Positions 1-14,028 of a stretch of 64,000 nt of DNA are shown in pieces. A program made the translations under genes and the position numbers. This DNA comes from Pecten maximus. Taxonomy: Eukaryota. Every line of letters begins with the position of its first letter. Position 1 is the first letter of the stretch. Location: positions 21,514,001 to 21,578,000 of the forward strand of contig NC_047029.1 in NCBI RefSeq assembly GCF_902652985.1. Reading direction: 5' to 3'. The notes under the pieces are model-generated. The model did no database searches. It was not told the DNA's origin and saw only the letters and a list, made by a program, of their open reading frames with translations.

Positions 1-732
1 TTTTACCTGCGGCATACATTAAAACTCTTTTTAATTAAAAGATGCGCAAAGCGTAAAGAAGTAGCGGCCGCAATCATCACTTACATCCGTTACAAGCCAT
101 TGGTTAGATGTGTTTTCTTTTTCTGCATCTACTTTGATAAACACTTTTTTGTTTGCAGAATTTCTCAATACATTGCAATTTATTGGCACAGCTAAGTGCA
201 TTCAACTCTGATTTTAATATCGATATAGGCGCATGACGGGCGTAATCACGCATAATGGTTAAAATCTAATAGCTAGCCAAGTACCAATAAGCATAGCTGT
301 ATGCGTCAATATACAATGGAATTTTAATGTAGCAATTAAAACAAAGCCACATCCAAGGCAGCCTCTCAACGTCTATAAAACAGAGATACAATATTCTTTT
401 ACGAACACACAAACATACCTACTTTTGGTTCGGCCAGACCAGAGTACCAGGTAATTAACAGTAATCACTTTAGAACCAGAGGAATAATTATGTCATTCAC
501 TTGAAATATTTGTCATGATATGAAAGTATTTTAAGGACACGGAATTAACCGAATAATAATTGTGACATCTTACTTTGAATAGGCTTATTGGTTACTTTTG
601 ATCTTGAGAAGAGAACAAGACAATTCCATTATATCATGAAAATCTTATGCTTCTGTGCTATAGATTCATATGCACTTTCCAGATCATTTCAGGAATGGAC
701 AACCCCCGTATCCTATATTGTATCACTATAAG

Positions 733-1105
733 GTTTTGTTCTTTTTGTTTGTTCGGGATTAACGACCCATCATGGCTGTGGTCATTAGGACCATACTGAT
801 TCATTTGTTACCTTGGTTTTGTTCTTTTTGTTTATTTGTTTAAGTTTAACGACTCATCACTGCGGTTGTCATTAGGAATTTAGAACCATAGTGATTCATT
901 TGTTACCTTTTGTTCTTTTTGTTTGTTTGTTTGTTTGGGGTTAACGGCTCATCACAGCTGTTGTGATTTAGGACTATGCTGATTTATTAACTACCATGTA
1001 TCTTCGTTTTGTTCTTTTTGTTTGTTTGTTTGTTTGGGTTTAACGGTTCACCACGACTGTTGTGATTTAGGGCAGTATTGATGTATTTGTTACCTTGGTT
1101 TTGTT
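733..1105. repeat. Degenerate tandem repeat, ~4 units of ~85-100 bp
   Basis: Recurring ttttgttctttttgtttgttt-gggttaacg(a/g)c(c/t)catca-ctgt-gt(c/g)att(t)agga-gattcatttgttacc at ~733, ~816, ~908 and ~1006. The (GTTT)n tract varies in length. Confidence 0.8.
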
Positions 1106-1601
1106 CTAATAGTATTATTCTACTGTATAATCAAACAATCCGATGTCCAGCTATCTCCCGTTCATGGACGGAGAAGAAAACCGTGTGATATAAGTTTTGT
1201 AAAATGGTAGCGAATTGAAAACAAGCATATGAATATCATCTTCAGTCCTTATCCTGATTTGGTAGATTGAAATATAATTAAAATCACTAAATTGGTAGTG
1301 CAATTTCTCTGTTCTTCGATCTCCTATTTAATTTTTCTGTTTCTATGCATCTGCGCTCGTTCCTAAGACCGCGAAGGAACCGGATAACGCAGATGGTTGG
1401 AGCACCGGCTGCGTAAACTCCAAGTGTAGACCAGATGTGCGTGGTTTGACGCTCCCTACCCGTGTCGGTTTGTGTTTTTCAGAATACCGAGAACGGATGA
1501 GTCTATGTTGTCATGGTTGTATCCTTGGTCCAGACCATAATTGCTCTCGATGGCATGCGACGGGCCTTCCGTATGTTGTTCAGTTAGGTAGTCACCAACT
1601 A

Positions 1602-1720
1602 CTACAAGCTGACCCCGCCGCAATAAGACATTGGCTGTTCCATGAGGTGATAAACCCAGGAAACTTTAGACCAATATATTAGGCTTTGATATGCTGATAC
1701 ACTGCTTGGAAATGGCATGT
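1602..1720 (-). CDS. Candidate terminal coding exon of a small spliced gene
   Basis: Minus-strand acceptor gctttttag|ac, read in phase 1, gives (D)MPFPSSVSAYQSLIYWSKVSWVYHLMEQPMSYCGGVSL*. It is phase-compatible with exon 1893-1994. No homologue recognised. Confidence 0.25.
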
Positions 1721-1892
1721 CTAAAAAGCAGTGTATTATTTAAGAGTATACGTTGAACGATATATTTAGTTTTCTGGCAAATGCAGTATCTATTCTTTTG
1801 GTATGTGCTTCTAGATTAAATATCACCTATATGATATGATTGCAAGGAATTGCGCTTTTTTCGGAGGTTAACGTTCTCGAAGCGACGCTTAC

Positions 1893-1994
1893 CATAATTC
1901 TTGGCGAACATGTTGCCATTTGTTACATCAGACCACAACCCCAATGAAAGTATAACCTGCGTCACGTTAACTACCCATGGGACGACCAGATTTT
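1893..1994 (-). CDS. Candidate 102-nt symmetric (phase 1-1) internal exon
   Basis: Acceptor gctctttttatttcacctcggcag|aa and donor tatg|gtaagc. Length is a multiple of 3 and the frame is open: (E)NLVVPWVVNVTQVILSLGLWSDVTNGNMFAKNY. Confidence 0.4.
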
Positions 1995-2217
1995 CTGCCG
2001 AGGTGAAATAAAAAGAGCGGCTGACAATGTTATTGCACATTCCTGGCGCTATTTCATTACGTATGCTAAACTTATACTTGGTGTGTATATCCGATACCCA
2101 GACACCTCCCTGTTACTGAGGCTCTAGGGGATCATCAATTGTCACATTGCTAGGCCGGGACACCAGGTACTAGATTTAAGGTTAAGCATGAAAAGCTGAC
2201 ATGGCTGGGATTCAAAT

Positions 2218-2218
<1 letters not shown>

Positions 2219-2252
<34 letters not shown>
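2219..2252. repeat. Poly-C homopolymer (34 nt)
   Basis: Uninterrupted C run read directly. Confidence 0.95.
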
Positions 2253-2254
<2 letters not shown>

Positions 2255-2940
2255 CTTCATGCATACCTTACAAAGAGTGAAAGGAATCTCTATTCTCGCG
2301 AAGTGTTAGCATCAAAATAATGTCTTCAAATTTATAGTATTCGTTACGGTCAGAAAAATAAATTAATCGATCAAATTATTCCTTTCGATAACAGGATCGA
2401 AATTAGACAATAAAGGAGTTTTGCGACTACTGGTAATTAACGATACAATCCAGTAGTTTGGGTTTCGGCACCGGCGTTTGCTTTACTGTTCGTACACGTG
2501 CATTTTTACTGCAAGCTACAATGTAGGAGTTAAATTGAAATCAAGATTGTCGACAATATATCTTAACCGCCAAAGAAGACATTTTCCCAGTCACATTTTA
2601 TACAATAAGCAATTTATATACATGAAACGACATCCTTGTCGTGGCTGTTTGCCTCAAACATCTCGCAAATAACGAGAAGACACGATACCTAAAACAATAC
2701 AAAAATGTATGTCTCTGTGTGGTCTTCACTAGAACGCCAGGGTGAATAGTATGAAACTAGATTGACATGGCTTATTATTTCTGAACAGTGATATTTGATT
2801 GGTGATTTGTGTATTAAATGCAACTGAATCGTACAATAATACCACAGAAAATGTGATTGCACATCTCAAATTAATAGTATTAAGGTACACTTCACAATAT
2901 AAACAGTATAATTTAGCACTGTTTTAACTTTCTATCAACA

Positions 2941-3135
2941 GGGTGGTCGGGTGGTACAGTGGTATCACACTTGCCTTTCACTTATGGGGGCCGTGGTTCG
3001 ATTCCCCGATCGGACGTGAAAAGGTATGGGGTCACCTTGCCGACCACGTGGGTTTCCCCGGGTGCTTCGGTTTCATCCCACAGTAACACCCCTCGCGCGC
3101 TGACATTCGGGCCAACAAGCGTGATTTATATAAGT
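2941..3135 (+). mobile_element. tRNA-derived V-domain SINE (family A)
   Basis: A box tggtacagtgg and B box ggttcgattcc, followed by cgtgggtttccccgggtgcttcggtttcatcccaca, which matches the V-SINE central domain as I recall it. Homologous copies at 4320, 19809 and 37575. Confidence 0.85.
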
Positions 3136-4319
3136 TAAAGTGTGCAAGATGTGGTTCATGTTTGAGTGTTTTGAAGGGAGAGCTGTGTTCATGTTTGTAC
3201 CCATCGTGACCCGATAAAACAAATAGTCTTATTTAATTTAATCAACTAGGACGACGCTTTCCCTTTTGAAACACTTGTTTTATATTCTTTGTCAATTTTC
3301 CGTGGTTTCCATGCCAATTTATAGCTTGAACATAGTTTTCTTTCGTTTTATCGATTTTGAGTTAGAATTACTTTGTCTGTATTCTTTTTGTTGGATTTGA
3401 ATTTATCAACCATGGTTGTGTACATATGTATATACAAAAAAAATCACGCAATAACAACACTCAACACCACATCCTGTCTCTGGTTAGATTCACAGTTCAA
3501 AGTTTTCTTTTAACGTGATCCCTTTTGTCGGACATCCTTGATATCAGGGAGTCAAATAGCATTGTGAATGCATTGATGTCAACCTAAAGTTGACTGTAGT
3601 TGTCTTTAGAAAACATACTTCTATCAAAAAAAAAAAATGTAAGGAGTGTAAAACAGACACGTGAATTTTACCTTAGATATGAATCAGGGTCATAGACAAA
3701 CCTATTTCATATTAGTTATATCTGTTAAATGTTGAAATAAAACTATTGTTTTATCCATGATGTGTAAGATAAACTCTATTTTGGATCATTTCCCCCACAA
3801 ATTGCTTTTAATCTCGTAAGCTTCCTGTTCCTTGCCATTCCTGTCAGCCCTCGTCAGGAACCGAAGGTTAATCAATTAATTCGTGACCTTGTCAAAATCA
3901 GAAGATACATGTATGAGAGTTTGCAGATATCGGACAGAGCGGACTGGTCTTAGATAGCTGGTACTGTCCTTTCTTTTCACCGTGTTACGACGTATCGATA
4001 TTGTGTAACACTATGCATAAAACTATCCCTAGCAGGCCCGCTGGACTATATCATGCAATGGTCAAGCAGACATGGTATTTAGACTATCTGGAATCTTAGA
4101 ATATGTCATTCAGTAGCGAAATCGACATCGATTTACTTTGTAATTGACATACGGCATACATGTAGCGATTTAAACTCAAATCTACGATGTTGTAATAAGT
4201 TTTTCAGATCTTTATATTACATGGGTTTGACTCAGGATCAAGTGACGCTTATCATCGATGAAGCAGAAGACGCGGTATGTACCCTACCCTTCCGGAACAC
4301 CTGGTCAAATCGGATGCTT

Positions 4320-4500
4320 AAACGTTAAAAGTCACCTACTTGACCATGTGGGTTTTCCCCATGTTCTTCAGTTTCCTCCCACAACCCCTACAGTAAATCC
4401 CTTCGTGCGTTTCCATCCGGGTCTCTCAGCGTGCGTCATAGATATATGTTGATATCAATTGTTTCACAATTGTTATAAATTAAGAAAGACGTTTTTAAAG
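4320..4500 (+). mobile_element. 5'-truncated V-domain SINE (family A)
   Basis: gtcacctacttgaccatgtgggttttcccc...gtttcctcccaca...cccttcgtgcgtttccatccggg aligns to the body and tail of the 2941 copy. Confidence 0.75.
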
Positions 4501-4834
4501 TCTTAATGTATTTGATCTTTTTGTTCTCTAGTACAAGGAATAACGACAAGAATTCTAGAAAGGGGTAGCTTCATCAACGGCACCATCAAATCTAAGTCAT
4601 GCTACATTCTCTAATGAACAACCAGGGAAAAGTCAACGATTATGTCAGGTATATCAACGTGCACTGTACATATCTTACTTGTCTTTGCGCAAACATTTAA
4701 CTCATTCTATTAGCCTTCACAGTTCGACCTGGTTAAAGTTTGTTTATCAGTAAGCAATCGACAGTGATATCTGGTAAATCATGATATTGAGAACAAATTT
4801 TAAGTATGCATATTGTATGTGAGAAAGCAGGACT

Positions 4835-4895
4835 GTTACTGTGAAGCAATGGAAAGTTAACATGGATGTTACTGCGAAGGAATGGGAGGTTAACA
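4835..4895. repeat. Short direct repeat, 2 units, ~33-bp period
   Basis: tgttactgtgaagcaatggaaagttaaca / tgttactgcgaaggaatgggaggttaaca. Confidence 0.75.
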
Positions 4896-6028
4896 GCAGG
4901 AAAAATTGAAATCTTCAGGCTGTAAGCTTACATATTTGTTCATGTAGTATTTAGCTATTACATGATCTTCATATCAAAGAAAATCCTTCCGCAATTGAAA
5001 AAAAAATATATCGCGCAGTATTAAAGATGGGACGACGTTTACTATGGAACAGATCGACAAAGTAAACATAGTCAGACGAAGAAATGAACATGCAAGCAGT
5101 CGAACTGTCGATCAACTTGGTGTCCTATCCATACTTAGACTACAAAGATTAATGTAAACGGAACAAGATATTGCATAGAAATAGGTTTGTTATCTGATAA
5201 GGACGATTGGATCTGTAAACCACAAAGTTTTGCGATTTACATATAAAACGATTGGACTAGACAATGGGAAGAGATTTCCTTGAAGTTGTAAGATATCTCG
5301 AAAACTCATATGTCTATTATAAGCTAGTATATTAAGTTGAATGGTTTTTCTTTTTTTCTTTCTCAACCTGTTTTGCATTACAAAATGCAAAATGCACATA
5401 GATCTAGTTGTCATGCAATGCCTGTTCCTGCTATAACATTCATGGCCTCGCTAATATAATCATAGAAAACACACAGCTTATCATTCATTATGATGTACGA
5501 TACGTAGTGGAAACATGATTCAGAAAAAATATCAAAATCTGCTTCATATATCTGATGAAGTCTTTGCCCAACTCAACCGAAGCACAATGTTTTAAATTTT
5601 GAATTGAATCTGTTTAATTGGAGAATCAATTGCAGTCTCAAAACAAACCATTAATACGATTCAAATTGATTTTTTCTCTTAGAAATAATAATGACAAATG
5701 TCATTTTGTACAAGTATTCCGAGAAAAATTAAACAGCTGCACTGAACAGGTAAATTTGAATTTAACCAAATAGAAAAATAATGCGATTGATAATTTTTTT
5801 AGAAGATCAGCCTATAATTTAGATATAATAATGGCTGTAATTGAATGGTGATTCAATGACTATCTTCAGGTCTCGTTACGAGATCAATATCAGTATATAC
5901 GGATAGCTAGATATGTATCTAGGTCACAGCTAAGTGCTTCAATTAGTGCATTATCAAACACACACTATTACAATGTAAGATTTATATGTCAAACTAAGGA
6001 ACTAAGAGGTAAATATAAATTGACTTAC

Positions 6029-6742
6029 CGTGGACAAACATGTCCCTATTAAGATAAACACTTGAACAGCAACATGTGCCCATAAGTGGTTGCCGGGTTG
6101 ATGTATCTGCATGACTTCAACAACTTAAATCCAGGTAGTAGTTCGTCAGGCAGGATGGAACTCTACACCAACAAATGATCTTCAAGTGTCTGTCCATCAA
6201 CTTTATAAACATGCACCGTGTTTCAACAGAGTTCCGCGCTACAATCTGCAGCATCCGTGTTATTGATATTCAACACATGGTCACATAGTTGTTGTAAAAT
6301 ATGTATGACCAATCATATCGTTTGTTACGTATACAGGTTTGCAATGCAGACCAATGTTGGCGTTGCTATGAAATCGTTTTTCTCGACGAATCACATCAAA
6401 CGATTTATCAATATTTGTTGGCGGATATCAAATAAACATTCTCATAAAACATGAAACTGTTTTCTTCCTCAATTTTAGCAATTTTCATATCGATCATCTA
6501 GTTATTCAGTTAAACAACTGTGAAATAGGTGTAAAAAACACGTATATAGATTTACAGCAAGACGCCAGTACCGTCAATTACTACAGAATGCAGAAAACAT
6601 CTCTGGTGGGATACAATTAGGAACGACGACTCATTTTTCTTCAGTACATGGTGAATCGTTAGCGTACTGTTGGCATCAATCGAAGATTCCACGCCTGATC
6701 TTGCACCTTTAGGAGAAGAGGTTATCAGCCACGTCCACAGTC
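6029..6742 (-). other. Candidate exon (5'UTR and/or first coding exon) of minus-strand gene
   Basis: Strong acceptor tcttttttctcttcag|gac at 6743 and consensus donor cacg|gtaagt at 6028. Possible starts are ATG 6112 (MQIHQPGNHLWAHVAVQVFILIGTCLST, phase 0, signal-peptide-like) or ATG 6041 (MFVH, phase 1). Confidence 0.4.
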
Positions 6743-7135
6743 CTGAAGAGAAAAAAGATGTTAAGGGTCATTTCTATGATAGCTGGCTTATTCTCGATAC
6801 ATTATTTCTGAACGTTTGTTGTTGGGGATTTTATGCTCTTTTAATGACCTTTCATTCATTCTATCCCTTGCTGTACAAACGTCCTTTATAATGTGGTGAT
6901 TTATAATAGACGTATTAGCAAATACTGGTTTTTAATTTTTGTCTGAAATGCCTTTCAAGTTGATTTAAAATTAAAAAAAAAAAAAAAAAAAATGAAATCA
7001 ACTTAAAAGGTACAAATATAGATTTTGTGATAATGAGAGATAATACCATAATAAGGACCTCGCTATAGTGACAACACACTGAAATATCACATGTTTATTC
7101 CTACTCTCGTTATTATGTCAACGGGAAAACCAGCT

Positions 7136-7360
7136 TTTGTGGTTGTGGTTTATTTTGCTTAACATTCTTTTAACAGCCAAGACCATTTTAGGACGTGTCA
7201 GGTTTTGGATGTGGAGGAAAGCCGGAATACCCGAAAAAAACAACCGGCCTACGGTCAGTACCAGGCAAATATCCCACGTGGGTTTCGAACTCGCGACCCA
7301 GAGTTGGTGGGCTAGTGATAAAGTGTAGGAACACCTTAACCACTCGGCCACCGCGGCCAC
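7136..7360 (-). mobile_element. tRNA-derived SINE (family B)
   Basis: Reverse complement begins ggccgcggtggccgagtggttaagg (A box), contains gttcgaaaccc (B box) and a V-like ttcgggtattccggctttcctccac, and ends in a LINE-like tail ...gctgttaaaagaatgttaagcaaaataaacc. Three other copies in the window. Confidence 0.9.
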
Positions 7361-10300
7361 TTAAGCAGCTCTCATTGGAAACTTGGCTTTCATTGAATGT
7401 TAAATGTGAGATATTTCGACAAGATAAGTATATTATGCATTTTCCCCGTGAAGATGCCCGTTCTAAATCTTGAAGGTTTGTAACCATCAAATCAAATATT
7501 ACGATTTAGAAAAAAATATTATTAATGATTTAAAAAAAAGAAGTTCTTTTAACCTTAATGAGTTATTCTTCATCTGTTCGCGAATACAGCACTAACGTTT
7601 AACATGTTTAACCGACAAAAACTATGGTAAAGCTGCAGTGAATTGTCGATTTCATTCTATGTGATGCAACGGATTGTCAATTTCATTCTGTTTGATACAA
7701 GTCAGTATACATCACGAATTGCGAGTTGCCAGTTCTACAATTCCATACATAGATGGTCCATTAGTACAACCACAATTAGATTATCCAGACATCAACATGA
7801 TTCTGTTCTACGAACCTACTTTCAGATATACTTTCCAGGCAATGATCATTGGTGCTAAATTAACCGATATTTAAGTGTGCTTAATAAGCATCGCGTGCGA
7901 TCCATATTTTTGTGCGAAACTTGCCGAAAATCAAATAACCTCAAATAACCAGATATATTTGCGTCATGTCTAGCTGACTAGCAAAGTAAGTGTTATAACC
8001 AATATACGCCTCCCAGACAAATATCATTGTGTCAGTTAGTAAGGATTTAGACTAGTTGTTATAGTAAGATTGGAATATTGTTTGTTATTTAAGAAAGATG
8101 GCAACCTGAATGTTGATGTGTTAATTAAAGCTTAAACAGTTCTAAATCATCTGTTACAAAAAAAATGCATAAACAAAAATGAGTACATATATTTTTTCAT
8201 ATGACAAATGCTAATGACAAGAACACAAGTATAATTGACTGTCGATTGACAAGAAAATGAAAATAACAATGGAAAGGCCAAAATTAACACTGTACCACGC
8301 TCAATAGAATTGCGCTAATAGGACTTTCTATATAACGTTTTATAGACAATATTTTGAGCACACCAATTCATCAACGCGCTTATCTGGAAAACTCGGAATG
8401 CTCTAAAGTTTGTTTTGCAAAATTATTTACGTTTACAATGCTATGAAATGTATACACTTTATTTCTTCCTGGTCATGCAAGCATATTTTGTTTTGTCAAT
8501 CGAGACTTTAGAAAGGAGCACTGCAGTAACAGTCATAAAGAAAATTTGATTCTTTAATAACGCCCGCGGCCATCGCTTCATTTGATCTTAGCTATTACGA
8601 GGACAATAAATCAAAACAAACTATTATCGAAAGATCAATACTGGAAAACAACTAGTTATCATATAAGTTCAGAAATCATATGTTGTTAAGTTTGCCCTAG
8701 TAGCACAACCACCAAAATCACCACCACCATAAAACATGTATTTGCTACTCTCAGTTTAAGATTAATTGTTTTATTTATCGGTAATGATTGGTGCCCGGCC
8801 TGTTGTCTGTGTAATGTATCTGTGGTCCGGGTGAACGTATCCTGCTACCTTTTTAATGTGTGACATTTCAGTGTGATGCACTATAAAGGACAGTGCCCAT
8901 AACTCGTGGTTTTAACACCGTCAGTAAAATACTTGCGTGTTAATAGCAACACTTAGTAAATAGATAGTAGAAATAGCAATACCGATATCAAGCCCCTTTA
9001 TTTACATCAATGAGCATACTAATTAAAATCATAGTAGAGACCTGAGTAAATGCTGAATTTGTGAAATTAAAATAAACAATGGCATGTTACTTAGACCTTA
9101 AAGTCGAAGAAGCTCTAAGTGGTATGGCTGTCTGATTACCCATTGTGCTTACAAGTTAAACGTCTTTCATTCTGTAATGAATATACTCGCTGTAATTATT
9201 CATACTTTGCACGCTATTTGTTAGAAACACATCAATATGGTCGATGTGATTCGTGAATTTTGTTTGGTGTTTGACATTCTAATTAATGGATGTTGATGTT
9301 CCTGAAATGAATTTGAAGTTTTATTGTAAAAAGTATTATTCATGGAATAGCAAAGTAATAAAGTCGAGCTAGAATATCTATTTGAGAACAAGGCTATATA
9401 ATGGTTACCAAACCTGTAGGATAAATCTACGACATTGATAAAAGAGACGCACGCGCGAAGATATATAATTTTACAATAGATCAATCGCACGCGCTAGAGT
9501 TTCATTCCCCTTCAAGAAAGGCGTAATGACTCCTAGTAAACACTTTAGGCTCTTAACAGCACTGCCGGATCCTAAAATGACAAGAAAGCTGTATGATGCA
9601 GTTTAATTCATTTGAGCTCTGCTGTATTTAACTCTCAACTTGCTTTGAAGGGTTCTAATATCCTGTGTGTCTTTGTACAAATCCGTGTAGGATGAAAGAT
9701 GAACAACAATGGTAAATGCACCAAGTGTGAAGATCAATTGTGCTACAATAGGTCAACTGCATGTAATATCTTTCTCTTTCCTTATCAAAAGGAAGCGATA
9801 GCCCGCTATCATTCAGAAAATTCCATGTTGTAAAGGTTAGTCCGTTTTGACCCCAACATGCATGAGTCAACGCCCATGTACCTCAACTATCAAGATTGAT
9901 ACAAAAAATCAAAAATCAATATATTGTTTATCCGGAATGTGGAATCCTTATTGTATATTGCCAAGATAGGGTTTTTCATATGAGTTAAGCAATCATTTAT
10001 AAAAAAAGACGTATTCAGACATCATCCACAGGCAGATATCACTTAACATGTATGTATGTTTAAATTAAAAAGGTTAGAAGTCAAGCATGGGTATGTTGAT
10101 AACGGAATATGGCTTCTTTTAATACACCCGATAGAAATTGCATAATTTGTGTTGTTTTAATGCAAACATTTGTGTTTCGTTAGCCGTCAACTTGTAGCAA
10201 AATCAATGTAGATCGATCCGGACTCTGACAATTACTAAGAGGTTGGTTAAAAGAAAACGTGTCAACGAAGGTATTAGTTTACAGATAAGTAGACGTCCAT

Positions 10301-11638
10301 GTGGACAAAACATGAAACCCGTGAATAAATATCGTTTAAATTAATAGGATTTAACATATGGATGATCACGAACATTTACACAATCGTGAACAGACAGGTA
10401 AACTGCCGACGTGTAGGTGAATTTTATCTTGCGAACAACAGACAATTTAAAAAATATTGAAATTTGTATTTCACTTTATTCCCTAAATACGCAATACTTC
10501 AAACGTCCGAGGGAAACATGGATATATACCCGTATATCCGACTTGTAGATCAAATTGAAACAGGCATTGCGATCGGACAGCAGATTCTCTATCTCGTGTA
10601 AAACCGGTTATATAATTATTCCCTGAACATGTATGTTGCCTGTTGCACATAGAGGCGACAATTTGATATCTTTGTGATTATATGTACATGGACTTTGTAT
10701 ACACTAAGATAAGTTTGATTAAGTTTGATTGTTAAAAGACTTACGTAATTGTAATAGGTGAGATAGTATGACGGCCTAGTTTACAGATAATTGGACTACA
10801 CAAGGGCAATTAACCGTCTTACCAGTCCTTACTCAGTCAAATTCAGTATTCAGCAGTTTAAAGCCCTTTGTCGCAGTCGAGGTAGAAGCCATTCTGACTT
10901 CATTGAGGCGAGATTTAAACAAGACACTAGCATAATAAATATCCTCAGTTCATAAAGATACAATTATAAATACAATGATACCGAAATATTTATACAATTG
11001 TTATGCCTTTTTATTTGACAATTTTGAAGAAAATGTAAAAGTATGAATGTCGAGAAACCTTGACATATTTCGTCGGTCATTTGAAAAGTGAAGGAAAATC
11101 AGATAGTTTCACTACTTTTGTTGCTGTTTATAAGAAATATCAATCCGTATATATTTATCACATTGTTTACATTATGTAACAGACTGGTACAATGAAATGC
11201 TACAACACTCCCGCACTGTTGATAGATTCATGTATACAATTCACAAATGTTTTCAGCTATCTGTGCTTATCTTAAGCATTCAACGTGAAATGGACCAGGT
11301 AGCTTTTATAATATATAGACTGACATTGCCTTCTTTGTGTATGGTAAACAGCGTTCATCTTAGTATTCAATGTTCTCCTGGTAAAAGATATCTCTACCTC
11401 TATCATCATATATTGATATGAATACCTTATCTGAAATATCAGTTTACTTTAAACCTTCATGAAACTTTCGCTAGTTCATTACTTATTTAAAAAAAACTCT
11501 TGTTGGTGTAATTTTCAGGGCTTCAATGGCAGGTGTTTTCAATGATTATAAGAGGTTTAGAAAAATACACTGGTGCTACCAGCACATTTCAATACATCCG
11601 AGAGTTGGATACAGTAGAGCAAATGAATTAAACCTTAC

Positions 11639-11709
11639 CATCTTCACCATACAGCTGATTCGTCCTGCTATAACTCGTTAGTGAAGCTAATTGTCGAAAA
11701 GTGTTGATG
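11639..11709 (-). other. Candidate 71-nt non-coding exon
   Basis: Acceptor gctttttcag|cat and donor gatg|gtaagg on the same strand as the other candidate exons. Confidence 0.35.
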
Positions 11710-13760
11710 CTGAAAAAGCAGCGACCGCAAAAATAAAAAGTCGAAAGAAATGTCAACATAGCAAAATACCTATAATTCAATATATTTCATAATTTCAGAA
11801 TATTCATAATCAAAATAACGTCCAGTGTATGTGAAGATTATTAGCCGTGTCATTATTCAAATTAATGAAAACATGTAACAAGCCGTGATTAACCTTTGGC
11901 ACCTAAGAAGTATATCTACTGTGGCATATATTTACATGTCTGATAAAATAAACACTGTATACTGTTGTTGTTATAGTATGACTTATATGTAAAACTACTG
12001 ATTACGTAATAATCATTATTTGACATGGGATAATTGGTCATGCATGGTTAAGAATGGGTATTGGTATTCTCCAACCATTCACGCATACTGACGTCTTCGC
12101 TGTAAGTTCTAATATCAAAACCGTCAGAAGAACTCGCAGTGCTACATACGCTATTGGATAAGTGCTATATTAAGGCCTGTCAATACGCCAAGTGTGACAT
12201 GAGTTAAGGTATACAACACACACGGAAATGCCATTGAGATTGACGAAACACAAACTCCAATACATCCAATGATAGAGCACAGCCAACTACAGGGAAAATC
12301 ATGTAAAACTTCAATCTAAATGTTTAATGACATTTCTTGAATTTCTTAAATATCGGTACTGAAAAAAACGCAAGTTTCTTTCTAAATTCGACCAAACATA
12401 CCATGAGGAATATAAAAGGCGTATATTTCTTTTAAACCTCCTCCAACAATTCAATATATCGTCCACTTTAAATGAATACGCCTTTGAGGTAATGGCCGTC
12501 TTGGCAATATAATCTGGTTTTGATAAAAATGAAAATTAATATGATTCGGCAACAGCAAGATGATAGCAGGTTCACCGTGGGACTTTATTTTGTTACATAA
12601 GGGGGATTTTTCTCATTACTAATGTTGGATTATTCTATACACTAGGATCGAATTTAATTTAAATGTAAAAACAAATGATCAGTTATATGATTTATAGTCA
12701 GAAAGTGACATTTACAAATGACGGTCGTCGGCACTGACTACAGAACATGAATAAATTTTGAAGTATGATATTGGTATTTATTCCAGAAACGCCACTTGTA
12801 AACACATTCAACGATTATATAACAATTGGATATCAAATTAACGGAAACAAAGAATATAATTTTCGGACGACGTTAGGACAAGAATTAGTAAGAAAGTTTT
12901 TACGATCAAATAATATGTTTAGTTGTTATTCCCCCTTTTGGAACTCTTCAATGTTTATTATGCTGCCGTGATCTAAGCAGATTTCGATTGATTTGTAAAT
13001 TGAGTTACGTCTCTGATTGTAACTAATCTGCGATATTGCATTGGAATGTTTCCTGTTTTACTTGACTGGAAAATCGTGAATGGTTAGAATAACATGGCCC
13101 TCCATTCTTTATCTTAACGGGAACACGGATTTGGAGGCAGTCCATGTAGAATTCAGTATAGATTAATGTAACGGAAAATCGTTCTTGTACATTCTGTATA
13201 TTCTCATAAATCACCATGGAATATATATGATAATTTTTCAGGAAAATATCGGAAAACTGTAATAACTCTAGAAATTCCTTGTACGACCATAATTACCATG
13301 ATCGGAGGAATAAAAACCTGAAAAAAAAGAAAACAAAATGGCGGATGAGATACTGTCCAGGCTGATTTGAAATACACATCGTTTAACGGTTATTTTAGGA
13401 TAAACATTTTACGGCAATATAAAGTTAAATTGATATCGGAGGAGTAACTTAAGCTAGTTTATATGTAGTTATTTAAACGTTACTTACCAGGTAGTTAGTG
13501 ACGATATACAAATGTACAATCCTAAGACAAGAATGTTGATACCTACATGTAGTCAGCGTATGTACCTGCTATGTAGTAATGTTACCTTTACAATGTAAAC
13601 AATCGTAATCTTTAAGGAGTCTGTTACTACGTATCATTTATCATCTTATAATCGGTCTTGACACAATATACAACCACACACATGCAAAAAGCACACACAC
13701 TCATCGTCAAGCAAAATCACAGCATTGTATGATTGACCCGAGTGATAGAAAAAATAGTAT

Positions 13761-14028
13761 GTGAAAAAAAATACAGACATAATAAGAGCAGCGTAATTCA
13801 AAATAGAAAAAACGAGGACCAAAAAAAATTTAAAATAAATAATAAATAAATATAGGCTTTTTTAGAGATCCATAAAAAAGAAGTATTCCTGAAAATAGTG
13901 AGATTTAAGAAGGTGAAAATACAGACATTGTAACAAGAACTTAATTAAACATGAAAAAAACGAGGACAAAAAATAATTTAGATTTTCATAGAGATCCATC
14001 AAAAAGAAGAAGTATTCCGAAAAATATT
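13761..14028. repeat. Old local tandem duplication (~150-bp period, 2 copies)
   Basis: gtgaaaa..tacagacat...gaaaaaacgaggac...agagatccat..aaaaagaagtattcc occurs at ~13761-13900 and ~13913-14028. Confidence 0.75.

Noticed and set aside
1332-1682. ~117-codon open frame on the plus strand
   Set aside because: No convincing start or splice acceptor and no recognisable motif. Splice signals favour the minus strand.
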